Source: Raillietiella orientalis
Lineage: Eukaryota
Length of the DNA: 64,000 nucleotides
Reading direction: 5' to 3'
NCBI GenBank assembly: GCA_036172245.1
Contig: JAYWIR010000053.1
Span: forward strand, 248,001 to 312,000
The translations under genes were made by a program, and so were the position numbers. Below are positions 1 to 12,338 of this stretch, in pieces. Under the pieces are notes generated by a model. The model ran no database searches. It saw nothing but the letters and a program-made list of their open reading frames with translations, and had not been told where the DNA came from. Each line of letters opens with the position of its first letter. The stretch's first letter is position 1.

Positions 1-701
1 GGGGTTGCTTCTGCCTACTGTGACCGCTGCGGAGCGACGGAGTCGTTTCCGCACCTTGTTATGGACTGCGGTGCCCTCTGGCTACTGTGGAAAAGGCTAG
101 CAGCAGCTCTTCCGTCATTAGAAGACACCGCTCGAGAAGTGCTGCGACGGTTCTTCCAGACACAAGGACTTTCGATGGCTGCGACGATTTCCACTGTTGG
201 TTGCATCCGCGCCATCGTCACAGTCCGAGACGTGCTGGAGAATACTGGACAGCAATGTTGTGTCACCAGGAAGGCAGCGGACTTCATCAGGTCGGCAGCT
301 GCGGGGCGACACTTATATGAAGACACAACGGAGGAGCTAAGCGGTATCCATCGCCGGATCAGCAACGGCTTAGAACGACGAAATCGGTGAACCGCCCTCA
401 TTTATTTTTGATTGGTTTTTGTGTTCTAGCGTCCTTTTCCCTATACGCTCCGCAGTCCTTTTGCTGCTAGAACTCTTGAATTTCCCGTTGAGTGCTTGCA
501 ACAACAAGGTTCCCTTGCCCCCTACTCCCATTTACAATTTTGTTTTTTTTTTGGACTCCACTCAGTCGTCCATGTTCTTCCGTTTTCCTGGCCTGCGTGC
601 AAAGGGTGCATCTCCGATGCATGTTTTCAGAGTAGAGAGCTGAAAACAGTCGTTTCCAGTTCGTTTATGTCAATAAACGTCCCACCGTGACCGGGTGAAA
701 A
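1..701 (+). mobile_element. 3' end of an L1/Tx1-like LINE (E-like): ORF2 C-terminal zinc finger, stop at 388-390, 3' UTR and terminal hairpin
   Basis: Frame reads CDRCGATESFPHLVMDC...RRISNGLERRNR*, similar to the E C-terminus at 51764-52042. Ends AATAAA(672)...CCGGGTGAAAA. Confidence 0.85.
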
Positions 702-3700
702 ATTTCAACGTTCGCCTGAAACCAGATGGGCAGAATCACGAGCGTGAACTGCTCAAAGAGGTGTGCATGTCGGTGCACACCTCCAATTTGTTGGCCAGTG
801 CACCGGGGATGGAGAAGAGCATCGACCACGTGTTTCTTGACGTGCACCTGTGCCCTCGCGTGGGCAGGCGCGGCAAGTTACCGTGCGAGCTGTCCGACCA
901 TCGCTCGATAGTTCTCGAGATCCATCCGCGCTACAGGGGCCCCCCCTCGTCAGCGTGGCGTCTCCCAGCGGACTGGCTGAAGCTCCCGGACGCGGCGGAA
1001 CATCTCCGCACGTTCATACGGAGCTTCAGGCTGCGGACACTCCAGGATTCGGACCGCTTCAAGCGGTCGGTACAGGAGTTCGGCGACCAGTCAACACTGC
1101 ACCGCCAACCTACGGGTTTTGGGACCGGGGTCCGTAACGAACGAGCGTACCTGTAGGCCCGTCGTTACGCCTGAACCCCCGAAATCCGCAGGCTGGTGGA
1201 ATACAAAGCAAGAGCAGAGAGGCAAGCCGGTCAGTCCGGATCGGCCAGCTTGGTGGACGATCTGGGCCAAAAGCACTCGGCACCCGCCCAAATGTGCGGC
1301 CTGCTGGGGAGTTACTACTCCTCCCTGTATGCCAGGGCACCTCCTGAGAGGAACGTTTTACGACTCCTGCTTCCGGAAGGCGCTCCAGAGATCGGGGACG
1401 AGAAAAAGACCATCGACTAGTCTTTCACGATAAACGAGATCCTCTCGGCCATCGGAAAGCTCGAAAGGCGCAAGGCTCCAGGGGAGGACAGCCTGCCCGC
1501 GGTATTTTACCAAACTTTCGCTGCTGAACTTACCTTCCTGGTACAGCAACTCACATTGCTGATACGCGAGACAGGTGACTTTCTTGCCTCGTTTCGTTCG
1601 GCAAAGGTGCGTCTCCACCCTAAGGGAGAAGATCTGAGGAGCATGAACAACTAGCGACCCATCTCAATAGTAAATGAGCACGCCAACTTGCTGGCTAGGG
1701 TTTGGGCAGAGCGTCTGGGACGGGTTGCCAACATCTTCATCAGCCCGGAACAGACTTATGCTGTTGCCAGGTGAAGCATGGAGGCGAATCTGTTCCTCGC
1801 AAGTACATGGTGGCAGTTGAAACAAAGCAAAGACCAGGGAGGTCAAAAGAATCCTGGATTCTCCTCTGACCAGGGAGCGGACGCTTTTCATGGAAGAGCC
1901 GCGCCCGGTGCGCTTGCGGTCGCAGTCGATCTGCGTAAAGCGTTCGATTGCGTCGACCAGGAACTACTTCCGGAACTCCTGGAACGCTTGGGATTCCTAA
2001 CCGTCTTCCGGGCTCACCTGCGCTCCATTTGGCGCTTCGCTCTAATAAACATCTCTTTTAGCGGCCGGCACGTATGCGGCGTGCCGGTTCGGCGTGGCAT
2101 AAGGCAGGCTGACAGTCTGAGCCCTTTGCTCTTCAGCATCTACTTCGACCTGTTGCTGAGGGCATAAAGAAAGAATCTGGAAACCCTGCTAAGCTCGTGT
2201 CGCGGCACGCCTGCCGTGTCGGCCTACGCCGACGACCTTCTGCTCCTGCTCCACAAGTCCAGCCCGGCGTCGACGCTCGAAGATTTTTTAAAGTTGCTGC
2301 GCCGCGGGACAAGCCTCGAGGTGAACAGAGAGAAATCTTCCATCGTTCCAACATCACCATTACTTTTAAGCAATACGGCGTTGGCCAGACGGCCGGACTA
2401 GGTCCGCTTGGGGATCCCCACGGGTAGGTGCTTCAAGTACCTTGGCGTTCCGTTGGGGGACTTTTGCGTTGCAGAAGCCTGGTCAGACCGTCTCCAACAG
2501 GTGGAGTTGGCGATCGGCCCGTTCCGGAACGGCAAGTTTTACTTGCAGGAGCGGGCCGCGGTGTGGAACGCGTTCGAGGCCATCCTCCTTCGCCCCTTAA
2601 TTTTTGTTCGCCCCGCCCCTCCTATTATACAGAGACGGACCAAAGCCCTCTTGAGGACTGCTCTTTGGGGCACAGCGAGTTCGCGAGTCCGATTGAAAGA
2701 CTTGTTGGCTGCACGCATGGATGGTGGCTTGGGCCTCCTTCGTTGGAGTGCATCCAACTACAAACAACACTTCGAAAGTTAGCCCTTGCGGCTAGCTTAT
2801 GGACGACGCCATGGTGCGATCCGGCTCGGCTCCTCGCCAGAAGAGCGACCGGCTACAAGGATTGTCCTCAATCCTCTTGGCCTACCAGCGCAGCCTTTCC
2901 AACTGTGGCTTCCATTTGCGCCAGATGGTCGCCCTGATGATGGAGAATACCTAAATCTGCTCCCTCTTCGCGAACTGCACTGCCTGGCTTCAGGTGTCAG
3001 AATCCGCGTAGGCTAAGATCGACGGCACGAGCGAGGCGGAATACAACTGCCTACGACGAAGACCGCACGCTCGAGAGCCGCTGCAGGAGATTATCAACAC
3101 GTCCCGAAAGTTTCTTTGAGCTTCTTTAAGCCCCCTTGCCCCCGTTTTGTCCTCCCTGAAAAACACTAGAAGCAGCAACGTGCGAGCAGCGAGGGAAGTG
3201 TCCTGCCTTATCCGAGGCAGGAAAAAACCTTTAAAGGCGTGGACGACTCGGGAGCTAACGGACGCTGTTTTTCTGAGCGTCTTTCCGAACAGACTCTTAC
3301 GCTGGGGCGCGCTGCTCGGTATACCTCCGGAGGAGGTGATGCTGCCCCCAGCGTGTTGGGACAACTGCACCCTTGCCCTGAGGTGGCAGGAGACGGCGTT
3401 TCTTCTGCTCCACTGGGGACTTTTAAGCAGAGCACGTCTGTCTCGCTGGACATCGAAGAATGTGGATGCTAATTGTGCAGAGTGCGGGGAAAGGGAGACC
3501 TTCCCCCACTTGATCCTGGAGTGTGTTGTACTCCGCGAAATGTGGGACAGACTATCGTCGATCCTCAACATTCCGGAGGGTGACCCGAAAAACATATTCA
3601 GACGCCTCCTGACGCCAGACGGCTTGCCAGACTCAGGGAAGGTAGCAGTTCTCTGCTGCATACGCGGTATCCTGGAAAAGTGGACCGCGTCTAAGAGAGG

Positions 3701-4114
3701 AAGGACCAGCCGGAATGCCATCTACTGGGCAGCGATCTCCTTCGAGAAACCGTGCCGTTGGCGCCGACTTAATAAAAATTTGCCGGCACTTGTTCGCAGC
3801 CGAAAGTGGATGCAAGGGCCTGCTCACGGCGCACCGTGATCCCCTCCCTCCCTCCCCATCCCCAAACAACATTGCCCTCCACACGTTATTCTTTTTTTTT
3901 TTTTGTTTTATTTTTATTTTCTCCGCCCCGACGCTAGTGAGAAGGACCATATCGGCCTCCGGGTCGGTAAGGACAAGTGCAACAATACGACGATAATCTT
4001 CTGAATGTCCTAAATAGGTAAATTAACTTTGTTCAAAAATTTAGACCTTATTATGAAATTTTTGTATTCTGAAAAATGTGAATAATGAAAGTCCCAGCTT
4101 ACCCGGGTTAAAAA
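702..4114 (+). mobile_element. Decayed family F LINE: ORF2 from (D)FNVRL through RT to zinc finger, plus 3' UTR
   Basis: IDH/SDH (695-1156), DLRKAFD and GIRQADSLSPLLF (1778-2167), YADD (2216-2401), KYLG, CAECGERETFPHLILEC (3147-3839). Many stops. Degenerate hairpin and AAAAA at 4091-4114. Confidence 0.88.
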
Positions 4115-4117
4115 CCT

Positions 4118-5130
4118 AACAATCCGGATCCGCCAGCTTGCTGGGCGATCAAGTTTAGGAATGCTTAGCTCCAGCGAAAATAAAGCGCGTGACTATTACT
4201 CCTAATTGTACGCGCGTAGGACAACAGAGAGCGCCGTGGCGCAGCGCTTGCTTCCGCAAGGCGCTCTCGCGTTACAGGAGGTGCAGAAACATCAACTCGA
4301 GGGACCTTTCTCGATGGCGAAGATCATTTCCGCCATCGGAAAGCTATGAAAAAGGAAAGCATCAGGAGAAGCCGGTCTGCCCGCGGAGTTCTACCAAGGC
4401 TTCGTGGCGCAGCTGGCCTCCCAGGTGCATCGGCTTTCTATGCTGATCCGAGAACAAGGGGACTTCCTCAAATCGTTCCGGTCAGCTAGAGTATGTCTCC
4501 GGCCGGAAGGAGGAGACAATCGCAACGTACGCAACTGGCGTCTTATCACAGTAGTAAATGCGGATGCAAAGTTGCATGCCAAGCTTTGGGCTGAGCGACT
4601 GGGACGGGTAGAGGAATCCGTTGTGTGTCCGGAGCAGATATACGCTGTTCCAGGACGATTTATGATGGCCAACCTGTTCCTCTCCAGTACTTGATGACAG
4701 TTGCAACAAAGCGAAGACCAGGAAGGTCAAGAGAATCCTGGATTTTCTTCTGACCAGGGACGAAGCGCACTATATGGAAGAGCCGCTACCGGACACTGGG
4801 TAATGTGGATGCCCTCTGTGTCGAGTGCGGTGGAAGAGAAACCTTCCCGCATCTGACCCTCGAGTGTGTCGCCCTGGATGGACTCTGGAGTAGAATCGCT
4901 CCAATCCTCCATCTTCCAGTTGGCGACTCTAAGGAACTTTACCGTCCCCTCTTTCCGCGTGACGGCGTGCGCCCCGCCGCGTCTCTAGCAGTCCTGTGCT
5001 TCGTATGCGGTATTGTGCAAAGGTGGCACGCCAGAAGAAGAGGCCCAAGATGCAGGGACGCCATCCACTAAACGACGATCTCTTTAGAGACGGCGACAAG
5101 GTGGCGTCTACCTTCAACAGTGGAACCCCG
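4118..5130 (+). pseudogene. Internally deleted ORF2 fragments (RT N-terminus joined to zinc finger region)
   Basis: NWRLITVVNADAKL (4404-4694) jumps near 4790 to CVECGGRETFPHLTLEC (4805-5071). Confidence 0.75.
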
Positions 5131-6810
5131 CGCGGAGTTTGTCGCAGTGGCTGACCCAGCTTCCGAAGCTTTGGCTTTTGCAGCCGCCTTCTCGCGATAA
5201 GCGACGGAGACAGAGCACGCAGCCGTAGTGTGTACCTGGGTACGCACCTTCTTTGACGTGCTTCTCTTTTTCCTCCCACCCACCTTAAGGATGGGGAACA
5301 CTGAAGGGTCAACTTTCTTCTTCCCCTTTGTGGGCGTCCTAGAGACGGGAGTCCAGCCCGCGTCGGTGACGCCCTCCTGGGAGGCCAACGACTCCCTCAT
5401 TTGTTGGGCCGGAGATGCCGGCTCACGTTTCGCGCTCGCGGTGGGAGACGGCTCCGTCCCCGATACGCACTGCACCTGCTCCTTAGCCGATGCAGGCGAA
5501 ACGGCGGTCATTGCCGTCGTCCCGCGAGGCACTATTGCAGCCTTTGCTGCTCGTGCCTTCGGCGTGGAAGACGTGAGCTCCACCGCCGTAGGAGGAGACT
5601 GCCGTTCAGAGGCAGCTCCGAGGGTACCCGCGCACGGTTTCCCGTGTGCTCCGCTGGACGCGCAAGCGGACGCGGACGGTTCAGCAGCCTTGATTGAATG
5701 CGTGCCCGCACTCTTAGTCTGCTTCGAAGGGGGCGATTTGCCCCCAGGGCGACGTGGTATATTTCCCGGATGCGCGGCTGTCTGGGATGGTTACTTCCCT
5801 GAAGCAACCGCGCAAACTTTCGCGAGACCGCCACTCGAAGATGCCCCGCGCATCGCGCCCAAATTCCTCCGTGGAACAATGGGGTATCTTTTCGGCGCGG
5901 ACGGGGTCGATTGCTGGCGGCTTTTCGCCTGATGCTTTCTCTTCAGCTCGGCGCACTCTTTGATGGAGTGGCCGAGCTGTCTACAATAGCGGCAGATGTG
6001 TGAAGGGCACTTCCACGGACTGTGGCCCTCGCCACCGCAAATGCCGCAAGCCGGTCGCTGACCGGCAAATTTCAGGTGGACGATCGCATCGCCTACCTGC
6101 AAGTGCGGAGGCATTTGCCTGCTATCCGCCATGGTGACACGCGCTATGGCAAGTCGGCTGTAGAGAGATGCAATCCTTTTGACAGGATTGTCTGCTCTCC
6201 ACAGCGCGTGCACCGTGGAGAATGCACTTAGTGCAGCGACGAGCACGCGATCGGGCGTGTCCACCTTGACGGCGGATATTCGGACCACGAACGACTGGAC
6301 CATGGCCGACGGGACGACCTCCTTCCCGCGGATATTTAGCAGGGTGCGGAGAAGGCGCGGGACTAGGGATGCTTCTTTGCAGTGCACCTCCCAGTGTCCA
6401 AGAGCGTTAACCGGCATGACGGCCAGGAGGTCGTCCTGTCGGTCCGCGACGCGCAAAAGCTCGTCCCACAAATTTTCTTAGACCCAGACGGAGATAGAAG
6501 CACTCACCTGATAGCAGAGCGCAGGCTTGTAGCCATGGGCTGCACATGCCTGCAGCTCAGCTTCTTCGGGTGGTGCTCCGTTGGCTACCGCCGCCTTGAC
6601 GACGGCGGCGAAGCTTCTCGCCGGTGGCGAGACACAAGAATCAGAGGCGGACCGGACATCTGAAGTAGAGTCTCCACTGCCAGTAGCAGCCTCCATATCC
6701 ATCTTTTGCTGCAGAGGCTCCGTGGACATCCCAGTGGACGCACTCGTGCAAACCACACACAAAAAGACGGAAAGGAATCGCGCTGGAGGAGCAACACAGA
6801 ACACGTCTGT
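5130..6810 (-). mobile_element. Family G LINE 5' part: 5' UTR and disrupted ORF1 (ATG at 6729)
   Basis: MSTEPLQQKMD...; CGICGGEGHSPWKCPSHICRYCRQLGHSIKEC double knuckle (ORF 5791-6471); in-frame stop at 6478; 5' motif AGACGTGTTCT. Confidence 0.82.
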
Positions 6811-6824
6811 GCGGCCGTTGTCGT

Positions 6825-8780
6825 TTATTACCCGGTTGCGCCGGGACGTTTATTATAATATCAACTGCGAACTGTGTTCCCAGGCGAGGGGAACAGAAAA
6901 TGGGGAGTAGATTTCCCGGAACGCAGTCCGGACACACTGAGAGTTCGGAACGGGAGGGGGTAAGACAATAAATAAATAAACTGGGTGGGGGGGCGGGGAC
7001 AGGGGTATACCGTCTAACCGTTTCTATTCTCAGAACCGGCGGTGAATGCCGCCGATCTCCATCCTCACTTCTGCTCCAGGATGTGGCCACCCGGCAGCCA
7101 TTTGCAGGTTGCAGGCTGCGGTGTCGGGGACCGATGTTGGGACTGCTCGCATCTGCAATACGTGGCGGGCCCTGACAATGGCGCGGACGCAGCAGATGAT
7201 TGCGACGACCGCTCCAAGAGAAAGTCCCCCACGCGTGTAGAAGCGGCGCATCCAATCCAGTGCGGTGTGTCCAGGGTGCAGGAGCGCTGAAGACAGCCAC
7301 TGCCACAGCTCCTGGAGGGCTCCGCACTCAAACAGCAAATGCGGAAGCGATTCCATCGCTCCGCATTTGGCACAGTTCGGGAACGCAACTCCCCCGGAAA
7401 TCAGTTGCGCCTGCTAATTGCAGCACAAATTCCAATGCACCAGCAGAAAAGCGTCCTGCTTCCACCGAAGGGGGAAGAGTGTCGCGTCCAAACACGCAGA
7501 TGGGACCACAAGTTCATCGGTGGGCACCCCGAGGAGCTCACTCCACCGGAGAAGCCCCTTTGCAAGAATGCGAAGTGAGGCAGCGTCTGCCACTTCGCAA
7601 GTCCGCCAGCCGCCCAGCAGTTGGGTTTCGCCTGCGATTTCGCAAGTGATCTCCCACCTCGCCGGCAGGTCACTGTCATCTCGCACCATCATTGCACACA
7701 GTGCTTCGGCGAGTGGCGTAGCGGCTAGGCGTGTCCACTGGTCCTGGTCTTCCTGCACCTCCCCCACTGGACAGTATACGGAAAGTTTCACGCAATGGAG
7801 TTCCAAACTGGACACATCCTGTTGCGCTGCCCAGGACGATAAGGCTTCCTGCCTCCAGGCGTTGACATTCGTCGGCCGGCAGGGGATCCACTCATGTTAC
7901 CCCAGAAGCGTGGCGAGCTGCTTCAAAGGGAAGCCGAATCCTCTCTGGGCGCGCTCCGTGCGTAGATGCAACAAACGTAGTCCGTCGCCACCCGTGCTGC
8001 GCCTCAGCAGCAGCCGCGCTGGAGCACAGCAGGGAGTAGTCCAGAGCTGCGCACAAAGTGCCAGCATGCGGAACTGCACTAGCAGTCTGATCCGCTCCAG
8101 CGTCAGGATGCCCAATCCTGCATACCGCCGAGGAGCCGCCAAGTCCTTCAGGCGTATCCTGGACCTCCCCGGTCCCCACAGAGCGTTACGCAACAAGCCT
8201 TGCGCCCGGCGCTTAGCCGAGTAGGGAGGGGGACAAACAAAAAAGAGAGGGCCGGAAGAAAAGGGGCAACGAAAATGTTCCACACGAAGGCCCGTTCCGA
8301 TAGGAGAAACCTGCCGCCTCGGAGCGGGCCCAGAGCAGTCTCGGCCTTGTGAAGGCAGTCCGACCTCGCTTCTGCAGGACAGAAGGCGCCCAAGGGAACG
8401 CCGAGGTACTTCAAGCACCTGCCCTTGGGGATCCCCAGGCGGATCAAGTCGGACTGCCCCTCCCACGTAGAGCCATCCGGTACAACAGTTGATTTCGTCC
8501 TGTTTACGCTCAGGCCCGCTCCCCGACGAATGAGCTTGAAAAAGTCCTCGAGCCTGGACGCTGGGGTGGACATCGGCAGCAGGAGAAGGTCGTCAGCATA
8601 GGCGACCACGGCCGGTGTTCCCGGGCAGGAGCTCGGCAGGTTGGCCAGCGTCAGCCTGTACGCCCTCAGCACCAACTCAAAGAAGATGCTGAAGAGCAGA
8701 GGGCTTAAGCTGTCTCCCTTCCTGATACCCCGACCTATGGAAACACCGTACACGTGACGCCCGCTGAAAGAGATACAGCA
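6825..8780 (-). mobile_element. LINE 3' part (probably family G): RT C-half, zinc finger, 3' UTR, terminal hairpin
   Basis: GIRKGDSLSPLLFS, YADD, KYLG (8148-8966); frameshifted C-terminus; reverse strand ends AATAAACGTCCCGGCGCAACCGGGTAATAA. Confidence 0.85.
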
Positions 8781-8782
8781 TA

Positions 8783-9664
8783 ACGCGACCACTTTCCCCT
8801 GAACCGTCTTTCTCCCGGTTTCCGCGAAGCGCTGAGGAACGACCGGGCATAACACCACGCCCGTCTTTACTCTAGGACTCCTGACATTCGACGCCTGGCG
8901 GAGTATAAAGCTGGGGCTGAGCGACAGACCTGGCAATCCGGGTCGGCAAGCTAGCTGAACGCCCAAGGCCAGGAATGCTCAGCTCCGGGGAGAATAAACC
9001 TCATCCTGCGGGACTATTACTCCTCCTTGTAAGCGCGTAGAACAACAGAGCGCGCCGTGGCGCAGCGCTTACTGCCGCCAGGCGCCCACGCGCTACAGGA
9101 GGAGCAGACACATCAAGTCGAGGAGCCTTTACCGATGGCGGAGATCGTCTCCGCCATCGGAGAGCTCAGAAAGAGGAAAGCATTAAGGAAAGACGGTCTG
9201 CCCGCGGAGTTCTACTAAGGCTTTGTGGCGGAGCTAGCCCCCCTGATGCATCGGCTTTGCATGCTGATCCGAGAACAAGGGGACGTCCCCAAATCGTTCC
9301 GGCCAGCTAGAGTACGTCTCCTGCCGAAAGGAGGAGACAATCGCGACGTAGGCAACTGCCGTCCCATCACAGTAGTGAATGCGAATGCGAAGTTGCTTGC
9401 CAAGCTTTGGGCTGAGCGACCGGGACGGGAGGCGGAATCCGTTGTGAGTCCGGAGCAGATATACGCTGTTCCCGGAGGAAGCATGGAGGCCAACCTGTCC
9501 CTCTCCAGTACATGCTGGCAGTTGCAACAAAGCGAAGACCAAGGAGGTCAAGAGAATCCTGGATTCTCCTCTGACCAGGGAGGGGACGCCTTTAATGGAA
9601 GAGCCGCGTTCGGTGCCCTTGCGGTCTCAGTCGATCTGCGTAAAGCGTTCGATTGCGTCTACCA
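8783..9664 (+). pseudogene. Family F-like ORF2 fragment (linker to RT motif DLRKAFDCV)
   Basis: ORF 9225-9710 has PKGGDNRDVGNCRPIT and the F-type loop EDQGGQENPGFSSDQG; similar to 4118-4790. Confidence 0.8.
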
Positions 9665-10379
9665 GTTGCAAGTGCGGAGGCATTTGTCTCCTATCCGCCA
9701 TGGTGAATAGCGCCATGGCAAGTCCGCTGTGGATTGATGCAATCCTTTTGATCGGATTTTCTGTTCTCTACAGCGCGTGCACCGTGGCGAATGCTCCTAG
9801 TGCAGCGACGAGCACGCAATCGGGCGTGTCCACCTGGACGGCGGATAATCGGACCACGAACGACTGGTCCATGGCCGACGGGACGACCTCCTTCCCGCGG
9901 ATATTTAGCGGGGTGCGGAGAAGGCTCTGGACCAGGGATGCCTCCTTGCAGTGCACCTCCCAGTTTCCGAGCGCGTTAACCGGCATGACATACAGGAGGT
10001 CGTCCTGTCAGACCCTGACGCGCAAAAGCTCGTCCCACAAATTTTCTTTGACCCTGTCGGAGATCACAGCACTCACCCGATAGCAGAGCGCAGGCTTGTA
10101 GCCATGGGCTGCATATGCCTGCAGCTCTGCTTCGTCGGGCGGTGCTCCGTTGGCTGCCGCCGCCTTGACGACGGCGGCGAAGCTTCTCGCCGTTGGCAAG
10201 ATACAAGAATCAGAGGCGGACCGGACATCTGAAGTAGAGTCTCCACTGCCAGTAGCAGCCTCCACATCCATCTTTTGCTGCAAAGGTTCCGTGGACATCA
10301 CAGTGGACGGACTCGGGCACACCACACACAAAAAGACGGAAAGGAATCACGCTTGAGGAGCAACACAGAACACGTCCGT
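9665..10379 (-). mobile_element. Second family G 5' part (5' UTR and ORF1 N-half)
   Basis: Near copy of about 6095-6810 (MSTEPLQQKMDVEAATGSGDS; MPVNALGNWEVHCKEASL). Confidence 0.85.
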
Positions 10380-10393
10380 GCGGCCGTGGTCGT

Positions 10394-11505
10394 GGAACAC
10401 GTCCCCACCGAACGCCGCAAGGTAGAAATCGCTGCTACCGAGGAGCAACCCCTCTGTTGACTCTGTCAACAGGAAGGGGAGCAAGCCGGCGGCGGCGTCC
10501 GTCATCGACACCACCATCGATGACGTAGGCTTCGCGCGAGCCGCGGTGGAGCTGGCAGCCTCGTTGCAGCCAGAACCCTCCATGGCTGGCAAGAAGGCTG
10601 TAAGGCGTACGGCCTCCCCTCAGAAGTCCCCCACTTCCGACTCCGAGGTGGAAGCGGAAAGCGTAGCATCCGTTTCCACGGCACCGCGCAAGAAGGCTGG
10701 ACGTGAGTCCACAAAGCCAAGGAAGCTCGTCTCCCCCGTCGAAGGGGAAGAGATGGCTTCCGCAAGCGAGGGTGCCATGAGCGTGGCAAACTCGCGGGAC
10801 CCGTTGCACGAGAGACTCCCTTGCACGGACACGGAAGGAATGGAAGGAGTGGAGGCCGAACAGGTGCCTCAGGTGCCTGAGAAGGCCAAAACCCCCATGG
10901 ACATCCCGCCTGCCTCGCAAGAGGCGGGCTCCCCCACACCTTAATCTTCCCAGCAGTAATGCCGGGAATCTCCTCCCGCCGTCGTCTGCGCATCGCCGTT
11001 AGGAACGTGAACGGCATGACAGACGCCGGCAGGATACGAGACATGGCCGCCCTTCTCGAGTCCTACGACCTTGCGCTGCTGCAGGAGATCCACGTGATCT
11101 CTGCAGAAGAAGCGCAAGAGATCGAACGAATCTCCGGAGGGCAGCTATGGTACAGGAGTAAGAGAGCGAAAGGTTGCGGTGTCGCCTATCTGCTTCGGCC
11201 AGCCTTCGAGGCCGCGGCTTGGAACGTGGGGTTTGACGATCACGGTCGTGTCAACCTGCTGACTCTCAGGTGGTCCGACTCGATCGATCTGATCGTCACG
11301 AACGTGTACGCACCGAGCGGCCCGGACCTGATGACCAGGAGTGCGAGGAAAGAGTTTTTCCTTGCCCTCCGGCGAGACTGGCTGACCGAAGCATGCGTGC
11401 GGAATGCCCATCTGGTTGCAGGCGATTTCAACGTTTGCCTCAAACCATATGGGCAGAATCCCGAGCGTGACCTCGTCGAAGAGGTATGCATGGCGGTGCA
11501 CGTGG
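10394..11505 (+). mobile_element. Family F fragment: ORF1 C-terminus, TAATG junction and endonuclease N-part (ATG 10959)
   Basis: AAVELAASL..KKAVRR; MPGISSRRRLRIAVRNVNG, QEIH, NVYAP, GDFN. Confidence 0.85.
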
Positions 11506-12338
11506 ACCACGCAGTCAAACGCTTTATGCAGATCGACTGCGATCGCTAGGGCTCCCTTCCCCACCTGGAAGTCCTGTCCCTGCCCGGCTGACGCCCCCAA
11601 AGCGGGGCTACCGATCCTTCCCTCTTCCTTTTCTTTACTACTCTGCACATGAAACCATGTGCTCGCGAAGAAGAGGTTGGGCTCCATACTTCGCCCGGGA
11701 ACAGCGTAAGTCTGCTCCGGGCTAATTATGGAATTGGCCACCTCCCCCAGACTCGAAGCCCACAGTCCGGCTATCAACGTGGCTTCGGTGTTCACAATTG
11801 TGATCGGACGCCAGTTGCTGAGTTTCCTGAGGTCTCCTCCTTTCGGAAGGAGCCTCACTCTGGCTGATAGAAACGAGGCGGGTACATCGCCTTCATCTCG
11901 GCTCAGCCTTGTCAACTTAAGCACCAGGGGTGCCAACTCTTCCGCGAAGCACTGAAAAAACTCCACAGGCAGGCCGTCCTCCCCTGGTGCTTTCCGCCTC
12001 TTGAGCCTTTTGATACCGGCGAGAATTTCGCCGGTGGTAAAAGGCTCGTCGAGGCTTTCCTCCTCCTCCTCCCCTATTGCCGGGGCACCGTTCGGAAGCA
12101 AGCGCCGAGAGGCATCTTGGTCCGGGGGCGCCCTGGCGTAAAGGGAGGAATGATAACGCCGCACGAGGTGCCGTATTCTAGCCGAAGCCGAGTGCTCCCG
12201 GCCCTGGTCGTCCAGCAAGCTGGCCGATCCGGATTGCCAGACTTGACGTTCGGCCCCGGCTCGGTACTCTGCCAGGCGACGGACATTTGAGGTCCTCGCG
12301 TAACGACGGGCATACAAGTACGCTCTTTCGTTACGGAA
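11506..12338 (-). pseudogene. ORF2 linker/RT fragment (RNERAY to DLHKAFDCV), probably the continuation of the D element at 17013-19662
   Basis: ORF 11145-12587 contains KAPGEDGLPVEFF, NWRPIT and DLHKAFD. Confidence 0.8.

Noticed and set aside
3840..4114. AT- and T-rich islands as host intergenic DNA or bacterial-type terminators (also 400-670, 35445-35660, 51480-51760)
   Set aside because: Each lies between an ORF2 stop and the terminal hairpin, so they are LINE 3' UTRs.
6825..9664. Twin-priming 5' inversion (inverted RT piece next to a 3' segment)
   Set aside because: The geometry fits, but the inverted piece carries the F-type loop while the 3' segment is E/G-like, and no target duplication brackets the pair.
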